Positions 20,931 through 31,213 of a stretch of 64,000 nt of DNA are shown piece by piece; the first letter of the stretch is position 1, and each line of letters begins with the position of its first letter. Location: assembly GCA_963823335.1 (NCBI GenBank), contig CAWGLD010000004.1, positions 224,001 through 288,000 of the forward strand, in the 5' to 3' direction. The translations under genes and the position numbers were made by a program. The notes under the pieces were generated by a model that saw nothing but the letters and a program-made list of their open reading frames with translations, was not told the DNA's origin and made no database searches. Source of the DNA: an uncultured delta proteobacterium (GTDB lineage Bacteria > Desulfobacterota > Desulfobacteria > Desulfobacterales > B30-G6).

Positions 20931-22316
20931 TCAGCCTGTCTTATTTTTTATCAGCGGTTTCAACATGTACAGCAAATCACTCTCCCGCGACGGGTATGGA
21001 GACATGATGCTCTGCCGGTAGAGGGTTTCAGCAGGTATCCGGTTCAACATGGCCAGACGGATGGTATTGACGATACCCGATGCATTGTCGGATAGGATGT
21101 GTGCACCAAGAAACTCGCCGTTAGAACCGACAAGGAGTTTAAATGCCGCGTTGGACATGCCAACTCGGCGATACGTTGGCCAAGTGAGGTTTTGTCCAAA
21201 ACTTTTTATATAAGGGATGGCCTCACGCTTCAAGGCGTCTTCGGTATATCCTACCATGGCATACTGGGGATAGGTAAACAAAATGGCTGGGACCGCTGAA
21301 TAATCCATTTCAAGCCTGGGAGCGTTGTCGAGCTCGCCCAGAATCGTGCTGACGGCAATCATGGCTTCATAATCGGCCACGCGCGCGAGTTGAATCGTTG
21401 CCGCACAGTCACCAATGGCATAAATATGCGGTTGGGTTGTTTGCATACGGGCATTCACGATAATACCTCTGCGTGAGTAATCTATGCCTGCCCGGTCAAG
21501 ATCCAAATCATCAATGTCGGCTGCACGACCAGCACCGTTTACGACAACGTCGGTGGAGAAGGATGCTCCATCTTCGGTCGTCACGCGAATCCCACCTGCA
21601 TTTCTTTCGATGGCCGTAATTTGCACACCGTTGTGAACGGCGATTCCTTCGGCTTGCGAAGCGTTAACGAGCAGGGAAACCATTTCGGAATCAAATGGCC
21701 CCAACGGCCTCGAAGTGGCTTCCAGAATAGTGGTCTGCCGGGAATGGCTATCTCCCAAGCGGGCCACAAAATGGGCAAATTCAAAAGAGATGAATCCACC
21801 GCCTATAAAAACAAAGCGATCGGGAAGTGACGAAAGTTCCAAGAACTGATCGCTGGTGATCACGTGTTCGATGCCCTCGATAGGGAGAGACATGGAGCGG
21901 GCACCGCTGGCTATTACGAAAAACCGTGCTGATATTTTACGGGTGCCAATGCCCAGCGTTTGTTCATCCAAGAAATGAGCTGCGCCGGAAATAAATTCGA
22001 TACCGGCTTTTTCAAAGCCGCCTAAGGTATTGCGCGGTACTGTATTCGTAAATTCGTTCTTCTCCCTCAAGAAATCAGCCCAGGAGAAATGTGGGCCGGA
22101 CAAGATGCCTTTTCCTGCTAGATGATGTGATTTGGCGATGATCTCTGCACCCTCGTAAAACCACTTCTTTGCTTGACATCCTGCAAGGGCACAGGTTCCA
22201 CCGGGTTTGTCGCTCTTTTCTATGACGGCCACATTCAGCCCTCTGGCGTTCAAATCATAAGCAGCTGTTTGCCCCGCTGTGCCGGTGCCAATGACTACAA
22301 CATCGTATTTAGCCAT
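20931..22316 (-). CDS. Class I pyridine nucleotide-disulfide oxidoreductase (glutathione reductase/lipoamide dehydrogenase-like)
   Basis: VIGTGTAG, GGTCALAGCQAKK redox motif, IGGGFISFEFA, IYAIGD. Confidence 0.88.
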   Translation of the reverse strand: MAKYDVVVIGTGTAGQTAAYDLNARGLNVAVIEKSDKPGGTCALAGCQAKKWFYEGAEIIAKSHHLAGKGILSGPHFSWADFLREKNEFTNTVPRNTLGGFEKAGIEFISGAAHFLDEQTLGIGTRKISARFFVIASGARSMSLPIEGIEHVITSDQFLELSSLPDRFVFIGGGFISFEFAHFVARLGDSHSRQTTILEATSRPLGPFDSEMVSLLVNASQAEGIAVHNGVQITAIERNAGGIRVTTEDGASFSTDVVVNGAGRAADIDDLDLDRAGIDYSRRGIIVNARMQTTQPHIYAIGDCAATIQLARVADYEAMIAVSTILGELDNAPRLEMDYSAVPAILFTYPQYAMVGYTEDALKREAIPYIKSFGQNLTWPTYRRVGMSNAAFKLLVGSNGEFLGAHILSDNASGIVNTIRLAMLNRIPAETLYRQSIMSPYPSRESDLLYMLKPLIKNKTG

Positions 22317-22376
22317 AAGAATCTCCGTTGGTTTAAAGTCTGGTGTTTTATTCTCAACGCCTGCTGAAATCCATTT

Positions 22377-23606
22377 CTAACGAATTGCATCCTTGTATAC
22401 CGATAATGTGCGTTCAAACACACGTGTCCATGTATAACGGGAAGTAATCTTCTCGGCTTGAGGATCGTTAAAATCAGGATTGCTTTTTGCAGCAGCCATC
22501 ATATTGAGAATGCTTTTGGATAATTCGTGTTCCAAATAAGTTTCGTCTTTTTTATACGGCTTATCAATGGTTTCTAATATTGGCAACTGAATCAGATCGA
22601 TGGTTTCTTTTTTTGCTCGTCCAAAAATCTCACCAAAACCGGACAGGCGGGTGGTGATTATTCGGCATCCCGAAGCCAGACCCTCAAAGAGCACGAGAGG
22701 AAGGCCTTCAAAAAATGAAGGCAGCACCTGCACATGCGCCTTTTGCATAAGCTCAGCCAGCCTGTGATGGCTTACATATCCATGATTGGTAACTTTAGGG
22801 CCCAGTTTTTCAGCCAGTTTAATGCAGTGATTGTATTCCGGACCACTGCCGCTTCCCGCCATGTGGAGATGCCAGTCGTAATGTTTAATTTTCATGAGAG
22901 ATTTCAACAGCCATATGACACCTTTGCTCCGATTATATTTTCCGGCATAGAGAATCTGAATGGTCCCGGCCAGGGATTTTGGGGCACGGGTAAACATCGT
23001 TTCATCATATCCGCCACCGATAACCGTTATTTTATTGGGCGGGACGCCATACAGATGGCTGATATCTTTTTTTTGATCGTTTGTCAGTGCAATGATCTTG
23101 TCCAGTCTCGCGCAATAGCGTTTTATAAAACGTCTTATATGAGGACAATTATTATACTGTCTCAGATCCGTGCCGTGGCAGGTTGCCACGACGGGTAAAA
23201 TCGGAAATAGTTTCCTTACTAATGCCGAGAGTAAAAAAAGGTGATTGGTGTGAATAATATCGGGGGAAAATCGGGTGAAACCCTTTTGCAGTTCATCGTT
23301 GAACGCAGCTTTATAGGCAGTCAAACGGTTGCCTTTCAGTTCCTTGAATAATGAACTTTTATAAGGCATCACATCCGACATGCCCGGAACAGAAAAATTG
23401 AGAAGATCTGAATTAAAATATACATAAGAACCCTCGGTTTGATGAATATCACTTGAGGGAAAGTTTCTGCCAGCAGGGACACCGGCAACCCAGTAGTTTG
23501 ATAAACCGTGTTTTTTAGATTCTCTGATAATCGACTCAAAATAGATGCCACTACCGGTCATTTCCGGTCTCTGGCCGATAACATGCAGTATTTTTAAATG
23601 TGCCAT
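22377..23606 (-). CDS. Glycosyltransferase family 4
   Basis: PDIIHTNH, LYAGK...KG, PSFFEGLPLVLFEGLASG. Confidence 0.88.
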   Translation of the reverse strand: MAHLKILHVIGQRPEMTGSGIYFESIIRESKKHGLSNYWVAGVPAGRNFPSSDIHQTEGSYVYFNSDLLNFSVPGMSDVMPYKSSLFKELKGNRLTAYKAAFNDELQKGFTRFSPDIIHTNHLFLLSALVRKLFPILPVVATCHGTDLRQYNNCPHIRRFIKRYCARLDKIIALTNDQKKDISHLYGVPPNKITVIGGGYDETMFTRAPKSLAGTIQILYAGKYNRSKGVIWLLKSLMKIKHYDWHLHMAGSGSGPEYNHCIKLAEKLGPKVTNHGYVSHHRLAELMQKAHVQVLPSFFEGLPLVLFEGLASGCRIITTRLSGFGEIFGRAKKETIDLIQLPILETIDKPYKKDETYLEHELSKSILNMMAAAKSNPDFNDPQAEKITSRYTWTRVFERTLSVYKDAIR

Positions 23607-23637
23607 ATGGGTTTATCCGTGGGGCTCCATTTTCCAT

Positions 23638-24444
23638 TCACTTCCCTTGATACTGACGATAAGCCAACTGCCATGTTTTAGATTGTTTGGTTGTTCGTGT
23701 CGGCCATTGTACCCCAAAATGACCGCACAGTCTGCAAAAAGCCGACATTTGATCCGATAGGGTGTCGGATTCATCTGGAATTTCTTTCCTGCCAAGACCA
23801 TAGTGAAAGATCCTATCGATACCACCGGCAATGGCGCACATGTAATATCCTGAAGGTGTCAGGCCAATACCACACTCTTCTATAATGCGGCAGCCGCAGG
23901 TGTAGTCTGAAAATCGGTTATAGACGGTATCAACAGGTGCCACATTAAACGGTTTAAAAAGATTCACACGGGAAGACTTCAGCGTGCTTTTAAGTATAAT
24001 TGCATCCGGCATCTTTTTGAGAACCCGATGAACGTGGTTTCCAAAAAAATTCGTGCCCAGTACCAGCCGCACGGAAGGATTATACTGCGATTGATATTCA
24101 ACCAATAGGTCGATGATGTCAAAAATACCACTGTGAAGCGTTGGTTCTCCGCCCAGAATTCGGATGCGTTTCCATTTAATTTTTCTCTCAATGCTCTGTT
24201 GTATGAAAGCCGCGATGTCTGCAACAGGCATTTCTATGTTAATTGGGCTCTGAGCGCATGAGCGATTGCAGTTTATGCATTTCAAGTTGCATTTGTAAGT
24301 TATGTCCATCTCCGCATACGTAAGGCTGGGGTGATACTGTCTTCCAAAATGGCAAGAAATAAATGATTGTGCACGCAAAAACTGGTAGGTATCGTAAACC
24401 AATCTTTTTAACGTAACGTTTCGATGGCGAAAAGGTGTTTTCAC
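23638..24444 (-). CDS. Radical SAM protein with C-terminal Cys cluster
   Basis: CNLKCINC, LGGEPTLH; further C-terminal Cys residues. Confidence 0.85.
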   Translation of the reverse strand: MKTPFRHRNVTLKRLVYDTYQFLRAQSFISCHFGRQYHPSLTYAEMDITYKCNLKCINCNRSCAQSPINIEMPVADIAAFIQQSIERKIKWKRIRILGGEPTLHSGIFDIIDLLVEYQSQYNPSVRLVLGTNFFGNHVHRVLKKMPDAIILKSTLKSSRVNLFKPFNVAPVDTVYNRFSDYTCGCRIIEECGIGLTPSGYYMCAIAGGIDRIFHYGLGRKEIPDESDTLSDQMSAFCRLCGHFGVQWPTRTTKQSKTWQLAYRQYQGK

Positions 24445-24696
24445 GGATTATATTACCTGGTTTTTACAATTTTCTAAGACCATTTTCTACCGCCAACCCT
24501 CTTGGTTTCATCCCCAATCCGGCAGGCGCAGGCAATGAATAGAACGGTCCAGCCACGAATTCGATGCGAAGTTTCTTCTTAGCATCATGGCCAGCACAGT
24601 CAAGAACGTTGCAACGGCCTTAGCCCGAATATTTCATGAAACTTGACGAAGAATTGTTTAGTTTGTTTTAAATATCAGAAAATGATCAGGATATCT

Positions 24697-24750
24697 GAGC
24701 TATAAGCGGTATGCCCATAAGCTACTGGATGCTTACAGCTTACAGCTCTT
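24697..24750. repeat. Degenerate heptamer array
   Basis: gagctataagcggtatgcccataagcta...gcttacagcttacagct. Confidence 0.6.
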
Positions 24751-24761
24751 TACGCTTAGTG

Positions 24762-25097
24762 CTAAGTAAAGTTGAGTATCATGCTGTCTTGGGGCACATA
24801 CGCCCGATGAGGCAGATCCGTCTGCCTTGCAACATAACTGGGCACGGCAATACCGGACGCAAACTGCACATAGTTCACAAATGTTCTGCCGTCGATGCGC
24901 ACTTTCATGCCCTCGACCGGTGACTTCAGTGGAACAATGGCATTGGCATTTTTGTAGCACTCCCGGGCTTCTGTCAGGCCTAACTGAGCTGCCTTTTCAG
25001 CAATACTGACTTCAAGGTAATGTCGCGAAACATCATCAATGTTGTCTGCATGGTCCGCAGTGATTTTTTCTATGATATGCGTCAGATGATTTCTCAT
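24762..25097 (-). CDS. Hypothetical protein
   Basis: 111 aa, GAGGTG RBS; MKVRIDGRTFVNY...DSMILNF. Confidence 0.7.
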   Translation of the reverse strand: MRNHLTHIIEKITADHADNIDDVSRHYLEVSIAEKAAQLGLTEARECYKNANAIVPLKSPVEGMKVRIDGRTFVNYVQFASGIAVPSYVARQTDLPHRAYVPQDSMILNFT

Positions 25098-25123
25098 TTT
25101 TTCACCTCTTTATTGGTTTGTAA

Positions 25124-25265
25124 TTGAAGACCCTCGCAGCAAGCTACGAGGAATGTTCTGCCGTGCGACAGTGCTTCGCATCGACCGTAAGGAATTCTAT
25201 CTAATTCTGATTCGCTCGCTAACCCCGCGGTAAGCCACAGGGAATGCGCTCGCTGTTTCGGTTCA
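25124..25265 (+). repeat. Dispersed palindromic repeat family A, copy 2 (longest)
   Basis: TTGAAGACCCTCGCAGCAAGCTACGAGGAAT...GGGAATGCGCTCGCTGTTTCGGTTCA. Confidence 0.85.
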
Positions 25266-25382
25266 GCTTATCTTCATCATCCATCGAACCGCGTAGGCCA
25301 GCAAAAGAACAGCGGCCAAGCCACCACACCAGAGAGCGATAAACCACACCCACTCCTGGACTGTTTTAATACGCGTCTTCAT
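25263..25382 (-). CDS. Small single-TM protein downstream of cydB (DUF2474-like)
   Basis: MKTRIKTVQEWVWFIALWCGGLAAVLLLAYAVRWMMKIS; typical position after cyanide-insensitive bd oxidase genes. Confidence 0.65.
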   Translation of the reverse strand: MKTRIKTVQEWVWFIALWCGGLAAVLLLAYAVRWMMKIS

Positions 25383-26219
25383 GGGATGTTTTCCCTCTAA
25401 AGATGTAATAGCAGTATCCCGTATATGTCAGTATCACCGGCAGCATGATAACGGTCCCGATCAGCAACAACGACTGGGATTCGGGTGCCGCAGCCGCCTG
25501 CCGGAACGTGACCTCGTAAGGCACGATCCAGGGCCACAAACTGATGCCCAAGCCGATATAGTTCATCAGGAAAAGCCCCTGAGCCAGAAAAAACGGCCGG
25601 AGTTCTCTTTGGGTATGCAAATCACGCCAGAGGTACAGAGCACCGGCTGCGGAGAGAAGCGGCATGGGAGACAGCAGTAACACATTCGGCCAGCTAAACC
25701 ACAGGTTTTTGATATCTTCATTGACAAAGGGCATACTCAGGCTCACCAGCCCCATAAACCCCGCCACAATGATGAGAACATAGGCCGCACACTTACGGGC
25801 CCATTCCTGTGTGTTACCGTCAGTTTTCATAATCAGCCAGGTCGAGCCTAGCAAAGCATATCCGAAAACCAGCGCCAGGCCGGTCATCACGCTGAAGGCA
25901 CTCAACCAGTCCAAGGGCTTGCCGGCAAAACTGCGGTCTACCACCACTATCCCCTGGACAAATCCGCCCAGAATTACGCCCTGCATGAAGGTTGCCCCCA
26001 GGCTACCAAAGTGGAAAGCATAATCCCAGATTCTGCGTGATTTACCTGCGGCTTTAAAGCGGAATTCGAACGCCACGTCTCCGATGGGGCTAAGGGAAAC
26101 AAGATGCCGAGCCCCAGATCGAAACCGTCTAGAATGACATACAAGAAAATTGCCGTAACAATCAGTCCGTACCAGATGAGGGGCAAATCCAGAAAGCTTG
26201 CAAAACTAAACATGTTCAT
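25366..26219 (-). pseudogene. cydB: Cytochrome bd oxidase subunit II, internal deletion plus frameshift
   Basis: YVILDGFDLGLGIL..APSE jumps to VAFEFRFK; the conserved WDGNETW segment is missing. Confidence 0.88.
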
Positions 26220-26695
26220 TTCCTCCGGTTGGCGTACCCAGATTCGTCACCAGCGGAGGCGCCTTTATGCCGTGATCCCCGTATGCGTTGTCAGCAGAAT
26301 CGGGCCCCTTGCCGATGAGTCGGATAATGTAATAGCTTCCAGCACCGAAAACGAAAACGTAGGTAATAACAAAGGCCAGTAGTGACAAGGCGATGTTGGG
26401 TCCCACGACGGGAGATACCGTATCGGACGTGCGCAGGACCTCATACACGATGTATGGTTGCCTGCCAATCTCCGTGACAAACCATCCGGTGAGTACCGAA
26501 GGTGACCGCAAAGATTTTCACCCACATACGGTAGATGTCCTGATAAACGTCCTTACCGGTTTTCAGATAACGCCACTCCACCACGGCCAGCCAGCTTGCC
26601 AGGCCAATGGTAAAGGATGGAAAAATTATATGAAACGTGATTGTAAACGCAAACTGTATTCGCGCCAGAACAACCGGGTCTAAAAAATCTGTCAT
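26206..26695 (-). pseudogene. cydA: Cytochrome bd oxidase subunit I, large internal deletion
   Basis: LARIQFAFTITFHIIFP...KIFAVTFG jumps out of frame to VLTGWFVTEIGRQPY. Confidence 0.9.
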
Positions 26696-26698
26696 GGT

Positions 26699-26863
26699 TC
26701 AGTACTCCTTTGCCGGCCGACAATGTGAAACCAACCACTTCGTGTCCGTCCTATATCCAAAAAGTCCCGCACAAGCCATGAAGAAGACACACCGGCGGAT
26801 ACCCATGCGAATCAGACAGTTGGACAGCCGTCGACGCTCTGCTATTTCCAGGGTCGGGTTTAT
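26699..26863 (-). pseudogene. Remnant of a Cfa/coclaurine-N-methyltransferase-like SAM methyltransferase (N- and C-terminal stubs fused)
   Basis: N-stub LEIAERRRLSNCLIRMGIRR joined to C-stub VFFMACAGLFGY...WLVSH; start appears mutated (ATA). Confidence 0.65.
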
Positions 26864-27654
26864 ACGTCCCCCTTTTTTTTGGGAAACCAAGGGAAAAAAG
26901 TATTGGTTCGTGCAATGTAATCTTTATATTTTGGCCGCGTATGAACAATGGCCTTTTCCATCAAGGTCACACCGGTCATTTTCAATAGAACGGTGGTAAT
27001 GATAATGGGGCTGATGACGGTCCATAGACTGGACGGGGTCGCCAGGGCAATTAAAAATATGCCCCACCAGATAAGACTCTCCCCAAAATAATTGGGGTGC
27101 CTGGAATAGGCCCACAAACCCTGATCCATGACACGACCCTTGTTGGCGCCGTCAGCCTTGAAGCGGGCCAGCTGCCAGTCGCCCACTGCTTCAAAGAAGA
27201 AACCGGCCGCCCACACGCTTGCGCCCAAACAATCAATCCATGTCAGCTGGGGTGGCTGGGGTGACATCTGACCCCACTGCAATGCCAGGGCAATAGCCCA
27301 TAAAAAGATTGCCTGCAAAACGAAAACTTTGAAGAGACTGATCAGCCAGAAGGAATCCCCGCTTTCTTCACGCCAGCGGCCGTAGCGTGGATCTTCTCCG
27401 TGCCCCCAATTACGCCAACTCAAGTGCAGACTGAGACGCAGCCCCCATAAGGTTACCAGAAGGGTTATCAGAATCATGCGCCCCTGAAATCCTTCGGCGG
27501 TAAAAAAAGTCAACCAGGCTATCAGCACAAAGCCCAGTCCCCATAAGGAATCCACAATGGTGACATTCTTGGTAACCAGGCTGATTATCCAGCCCAGAAG
27601 CATCATGCCCAGCACGGCTATAAAATTGCTGGTTAAAATTGATGTGATGTCCAT
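26860..27654 (-). CDS. DUF1295 (steroid 5-alpha reductase-like) membrane protein
   Basis: IVDSLWG, WGLRL, GEDPRY, GLWAYSRHPNYFGE. Confidence 0.9.
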   Translation of the reverse strand: MDITSILTSNFIAVLGMMLLGWIISLVTKNVTIVDSLWGLGFVLIAWLTFFTAEGFQGRMILITLLVTLWGLRLSLHLSWRNWGHGEDPRYGRWREESGDSFWLISLFKVFVLQAIFLWAIALALQWGQMSPQPPQLTWIDCLGASVWAAGFFFEAVGDWQLARFKADGANKGRVMDQGLWAYSRHPNYFGESLIWWGIFLIALATPSSLWTVISPIIITTVLLKMTGVTLMEKAIVHTRPKYKDYIARTNTFFPWFPKKKGDV

Positions 27655-27735
27655 AATCGTTCTCCTTGGAACACTATTATGTCAATCGTATGTCAATCGC
27701 TATATCCACAACATCCCCGCAAGTTGACACCACTG

Positions 27736-29139
27736 TCAACTCACTTTGCTTGTTCTGGCCAGCGGATTTTCAAATGCTTCGCCGGCACGCTTTTTTTCGA
27801 TGGCCAACCTGATTTTCTCATGCACCTGATCACTGATGGGGTAGGCCAGAGCAACGACGAGCCCCAAGAGGTTGAAAAGGGCGGGAATGAAAGCGTACAG
27901 CATACGCAATACAAACTGAACCTTCTGGGTCTGTTCGACATTGGGCGTGTATCCCGCCATCCCCAGAACCGCAAGACCGACACCGATGCCGACGGCCGCG
28001 GCCAGTTTCTTTGAAATCGACCACCACCCGATGTACTGCCCCTCTCGCCGCTCGCCCGTCAAGAGTTCATCGTAGTCGATGACGTCCGCCTGTATTGCAG
28101 AAGGAAGCGCCAGTGTCGCCCCGAAACCGATACCGGAAAGAAACACCAGTATGCCATATAACCAGGTATCGCCCGGACCCAGAAAAAAAACACCCATGAA
28201 AGCTCCCGAGTTGATGCCCATAGAGACCAGCCAGGCTGCCTTCTTTCCGGTTCGACGGCTGATGTATATCCAAAACGGCAGAAACAGGATGCCGCTCATA
28301 AAGTAAAGTAACAGGAAAAAGTCGGCCATGTCAGACTGGAGTACGTACTCTACGTAAAAAAGAATCAACGTTGCCGGCAGGTTGTTGCCGATAGCGCTGA
28401 TGGTGTACGCAGCCAGCAGAATCACAAACGGACGGTTTCGAGCGACTTGCCGGATACCTGAAAACAGGCCCAGCGGCGATCCACCGGACTGGGGGTGGCG
28501 CTCTTTGATGGATATTACACACCACCAGGCCGTTCCTATCAACAACGGAGCGTACAGGACGGATATCCAGAAAAACTTGGCTCGCTCACCCGCTGCATTG
28601 TCAGGGAGTCCGAACAACCACTGCACCAGGGCAGGAGCACTGGCCGCCGCCAGGGTTCCGGCAATCAAAAATCCGTCGCGCATCCCGAAAAGGGAGGTGC
28701 GTTCGTGATAGTCGAAGGTAATTTCAGGACCCAAAGACTCATAGGGAACCGTAACGATGGTCCAGAAAAAGAAAAGGGCGTAGATGAATACACCAAACCA
28801 CACGGTCTCAGCAGGGGGTGATGCTTGTGGCGGATTGAAAAGCAAAAACATTGTTAAAGCTACAAAAAAAGCCCCAACAGCGATATAGGGCCGCCGTCGA
28901 CCAAAACGGGTTCGGGTAAGATCGGACAGGTAACCGATAACCGGATCGGTCACCGCATCAAAAATTCGCACGCTGAAAAGTATATAGCCCAGCAAGACGA
29001 CATTGATTCCGACAACATCGGTATAAAATTTGGGGATGTAGACATACACGGGAATGCCGATAACAGCCAGAGCATAGGCAGGTGCGGCATAGGCGACCTT
29101 CTTCCAAAAAGGAACCTTGAATGAATGGTCATGATTCAT
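27736..29139 (-). CDS. MFS transporter, GPH (MelB-like) family
   Basis: RIFDAVTDPVIGYLSD.TRTRFGRRRPY, ADVIDYDE..TGERREG. Confidence 0.9.
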   Translation of the reverse strand: MNHDHSFKVPFWKKVAYAAPAYALAVIGIPVYVYIPKFYTDVVGINVVLLGYILFSVRIFDAVTDPVIGYLSDLTRTRFGRRRPYIAVGAFFVALTMFLLFNPPQASPPAETVWFGVFIYALFFFWTIVTVPYESLGPEITFDYHERTSLFGMRDGFLIAGTLAAASAPALVQWLFGLPDNAAGERAKFFWISVLYAPLLIGTAWWCVISIKERHPQSGGSPLGLFSGIRQVARNRPFVILLAAYTISAIGNNLPATLILFYVEYVLQSDMADFFLLLYFMSGILFLPFWIYISRRTGKKAAWLVSMGINSGAFMGVFFLGPGDTWLYGILVFLSGIGFGATLALPSAIQADVIDYDELLTGERREGQYIGWWSISKKLAAAVGIGVGLAVLGMAGYTPNVEQTQKVQFVLRMLYAFIPALFNLLGLVVALAYPISDQVHEKIRLAIEKKRAGEAFENPLARTSKVS

Positions 29140-29708
29140 GGTGACCCCAACAGCTGCCGTTTAAATGAATTGTTCATGGGTTTCTCCCCCAGCCACATGG
29201 CATAGAGAGCAGCTGCAAAGTCAGCACCTTGGATGACACCCAGAGACTCCCCATTCAATGCCAGTTCGGTCCCTTTGCCGGGCACATAGCTGAGTGCATA
29301 CCGGTCGCCTGGTTGAACATCCCGGTAAAGTGCGTTTTGTCTGTCTAGGCGCGGTTTCAACCTTTCGAATTCTTCAGGGCCGACATTTTGAGCCATCATT
29401 TTATAGGATGCAGAACCAAAATCCTCAGCCTTGATGGCGTGGAAATATTCGATCTCCAATCGTTTGGGCGTATCGTTCAGGACACTTTCAGAAGGTGCTC
29501 CTTCCAGCATGTACAATGCACCGACATAAGCTTTGATAACACGCATGAAGCGAAAAAGACCCGCACCCCGGATCTGAAGTGTTGTCCCGTCGATGGCGAC
29601 GCTATCTTTGAAATACACGCCTTGAATCTCAACACCGACAGCACTCGTTCCTGAAAGAAATAGGAACATGGCCAGTAAAACTATTATCCATGTATATGTT
29701 GTTTTCAC
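29136..29708 (-). CDS. Chalcone isomerase-like periplasmic protein
   Basis: Signal peptide; L.IRGAG...KAYVGALY, FA.ALYAMWLGEKP. Confidence 0.85.
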   Translation of the reverse strand: MKTTYTWIIVLLAMFLFLSGTSAVGVEIQGVYFKDSVAIDGTTLQIRGAGLFRFMRVIKAYVGALYMLEGAPSESVLNDTPKRLEIEYFHAIKAEDFGSASYKMMAQNVGPEEFERLKPRLDRQNALYRDVQPGDRYALSYVPGKGTELALNGESLGVIQGADFAAALYAMWLGEKPMNNSFKRQLLGSP

Positions 29709-29808
29709 AGATATTTCCTTTCAAATTTCGGGTCTGAACCGAATCTTTTTCCTACAATATTTAGCATTCTGTAACCAAATGCAACATGAGATGAATAGGG
29801 GGTTAACA

Positions 29809-29823
29809 ATAGGTAATACCTAT
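29809..29823. promoter_or_regulatory. Palindromic LuxR-like operator ATAGGTA-A-TACCTAT
   Basis: Perfect 7-1-7 palindrome in a divergent intergenic region. Confidence 0.6.
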
Positions 29824-29906
29824 TATAAAAAGACGAACTGAAACAACACGTAATTCCGCTGCTGGAGAACCGTCCCTTGCTTTTTCTGGCGGCATTATCC
29901 TATTAT

Positions 29907-30069
29907 TACCTGAACTGAGCGATTTTTCCCGAAGAGATGTGCCAAGATCTTGAGGGAGGAGGGTACGCAAAAAATGTAAGCATACCCGTGGATCTGTCGA
30001 GGCTTTTTGCGAACCCTTGATTCGCAAGAGATTGGTGCAGATCGAGATAAAAATTGCTCAGTTCGGGTA
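29907..30069. mobile_element. MITE-like element (about 163 bp) with 21-bp terminal inverted repeats
   Basis: tacctgaactgagcgattttt ... aaaaattgctcagttcgggta (2 mismatches), AT-rich flanks. Confidence 0.7.
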
Positions 30070-30112
30070 TTATTAAGGTCAATTAATTTTCTTCGTCCAT
30101 TGTGAGGTAAAA

Positions 30113-30520
30113 ATGAATTTTTTATTTTATATAAAGCTTTATCTGCTGACAGTTCCGATCTTCTTCCTGTTGGACATCATCTGGCTGGGAGTTGTTGCCA
30201 AGGGTTTTTACCGTAAACATCTGGGATTTATATTGAGCCCGGAGGTGAACTGGGCGGCGGCAGTTACCTTTTACTTTATCTACATTGCCGGCATACTGTT
30301 TTTTGCAGTAGCCCCGGCTATCGAGCGGGCATCCCTGCTAAGGGCTCTTGTCTGGGGAAGCCTCTATGGCTTTTTTACCTACGCAACCTATGATCTGACC
30401 AACATGGCCTTGATCAAAGGCTGGCCCATGAAAATTGTGGTGGTAGACATCTTGTGGGGTATGATTTTATGCTCCGTGGTAGCGATGTCGAGTTTTGGCG
30501 TTGCCAGATGGCTCATTTAA
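30113..30520 (+). CDS. DUF2177 membrane protein
   Basis: LDIIWLG, YATYDLTN.A..K.WP....DILWG. Confidence 0.9.
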   Translation: MNFLFYIKLYLLTVPIFFLLDIIWLGVVAKGFYRKHLGFILSPEVNWAAAVTFYFIYIAGILFFAVAPAIERASLLRALVWGSLYGFFTYATYDLTNMALIKGWPMKIVVVDILWGMILCSVVAMSSFGVARWLI

Positions 30521-30616
30521 CCCAAGCCGGTAGCTGAACATTAATCGTGAAACGATACCTATTAACTCGCTGTGAGGGCACATAATAGGGCTGAAACATA
30601 TTACGGGAAAGTTACC

Positions 30617-31078
30617 ATGAAAAAATCTACGACAATCTATATTCTAACACTGGTGCTGGCGCTGTGTGGCAACGGTTGTTCTGCATCGAAAATAAGCCAA
30701 AGTGACAGCGAAAATCAACGACTGGCTGACTGCCCGACCCGGCCGAATTGTGTTTCTTCGGAAGCACAGGATGCCAAACACGCGATCGCACCCTTGAAAC
30801 TGACGGGTGACCCAAAAACAACCTGGGAAGCGGTCGTCAAGGTCGTCGATCAGCTGCCACGTAGTACGATCGTTGAAGCCACCCATCGCTATTTACACGT
30901 GGAGTGTAAAAGTCGCATTTTCAGGTTCATCGATGATCTGGAACTTCTATTAGACCCCGTAACCGGGGTTGTCGCCATCCGATCCGCTGCACGGGTCGGA
31001 AGATCGGATTTGGGTGTCAATCGTCGCAGAGTCGAGACCTTGCGCAAAAAACTTAAAGAAGATGGACTCATCGAATGA
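30617..31078 (+). CDS. DUF1499 protein
   Basis: CP..PNCVSS, F.FIDDLE, RSAARVGRSDLGVNRRR. Confidence 0.9.
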   Translation: MKKSTTIYILTLVLALCGNGCSASKISQSDSENQRLADCPTRPNCVSSEAQDAKHAIAPLKLTGDPKTTWEAVVKVVDQLPRSTIVEATHRYLHVECKSRIFRFIDDLELLLDPVTGVVAIRSAARVGRSDLGVNRRRVETLRKKLKEDGLIE

Positions 31079-31213
31079 GTCTGCGAAACCATGAAATACG
31101 ATGCTCCCGAATTTTATTAGAAGCCATCTCAAAAATAGGATATTGGTTCAAAGTCACGGCGGGATTAAGTTAAATTTTTAGATTAATATTATCCTATAAG
31201 AGGCAAACAGTAT

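Noticed and set aside
24445-24700. Possible gene remnant upstream of the radical SAM gene
   Set aside because: Coding-like but no family motif could be identified; same for 34288-34491 and 41604-41819.
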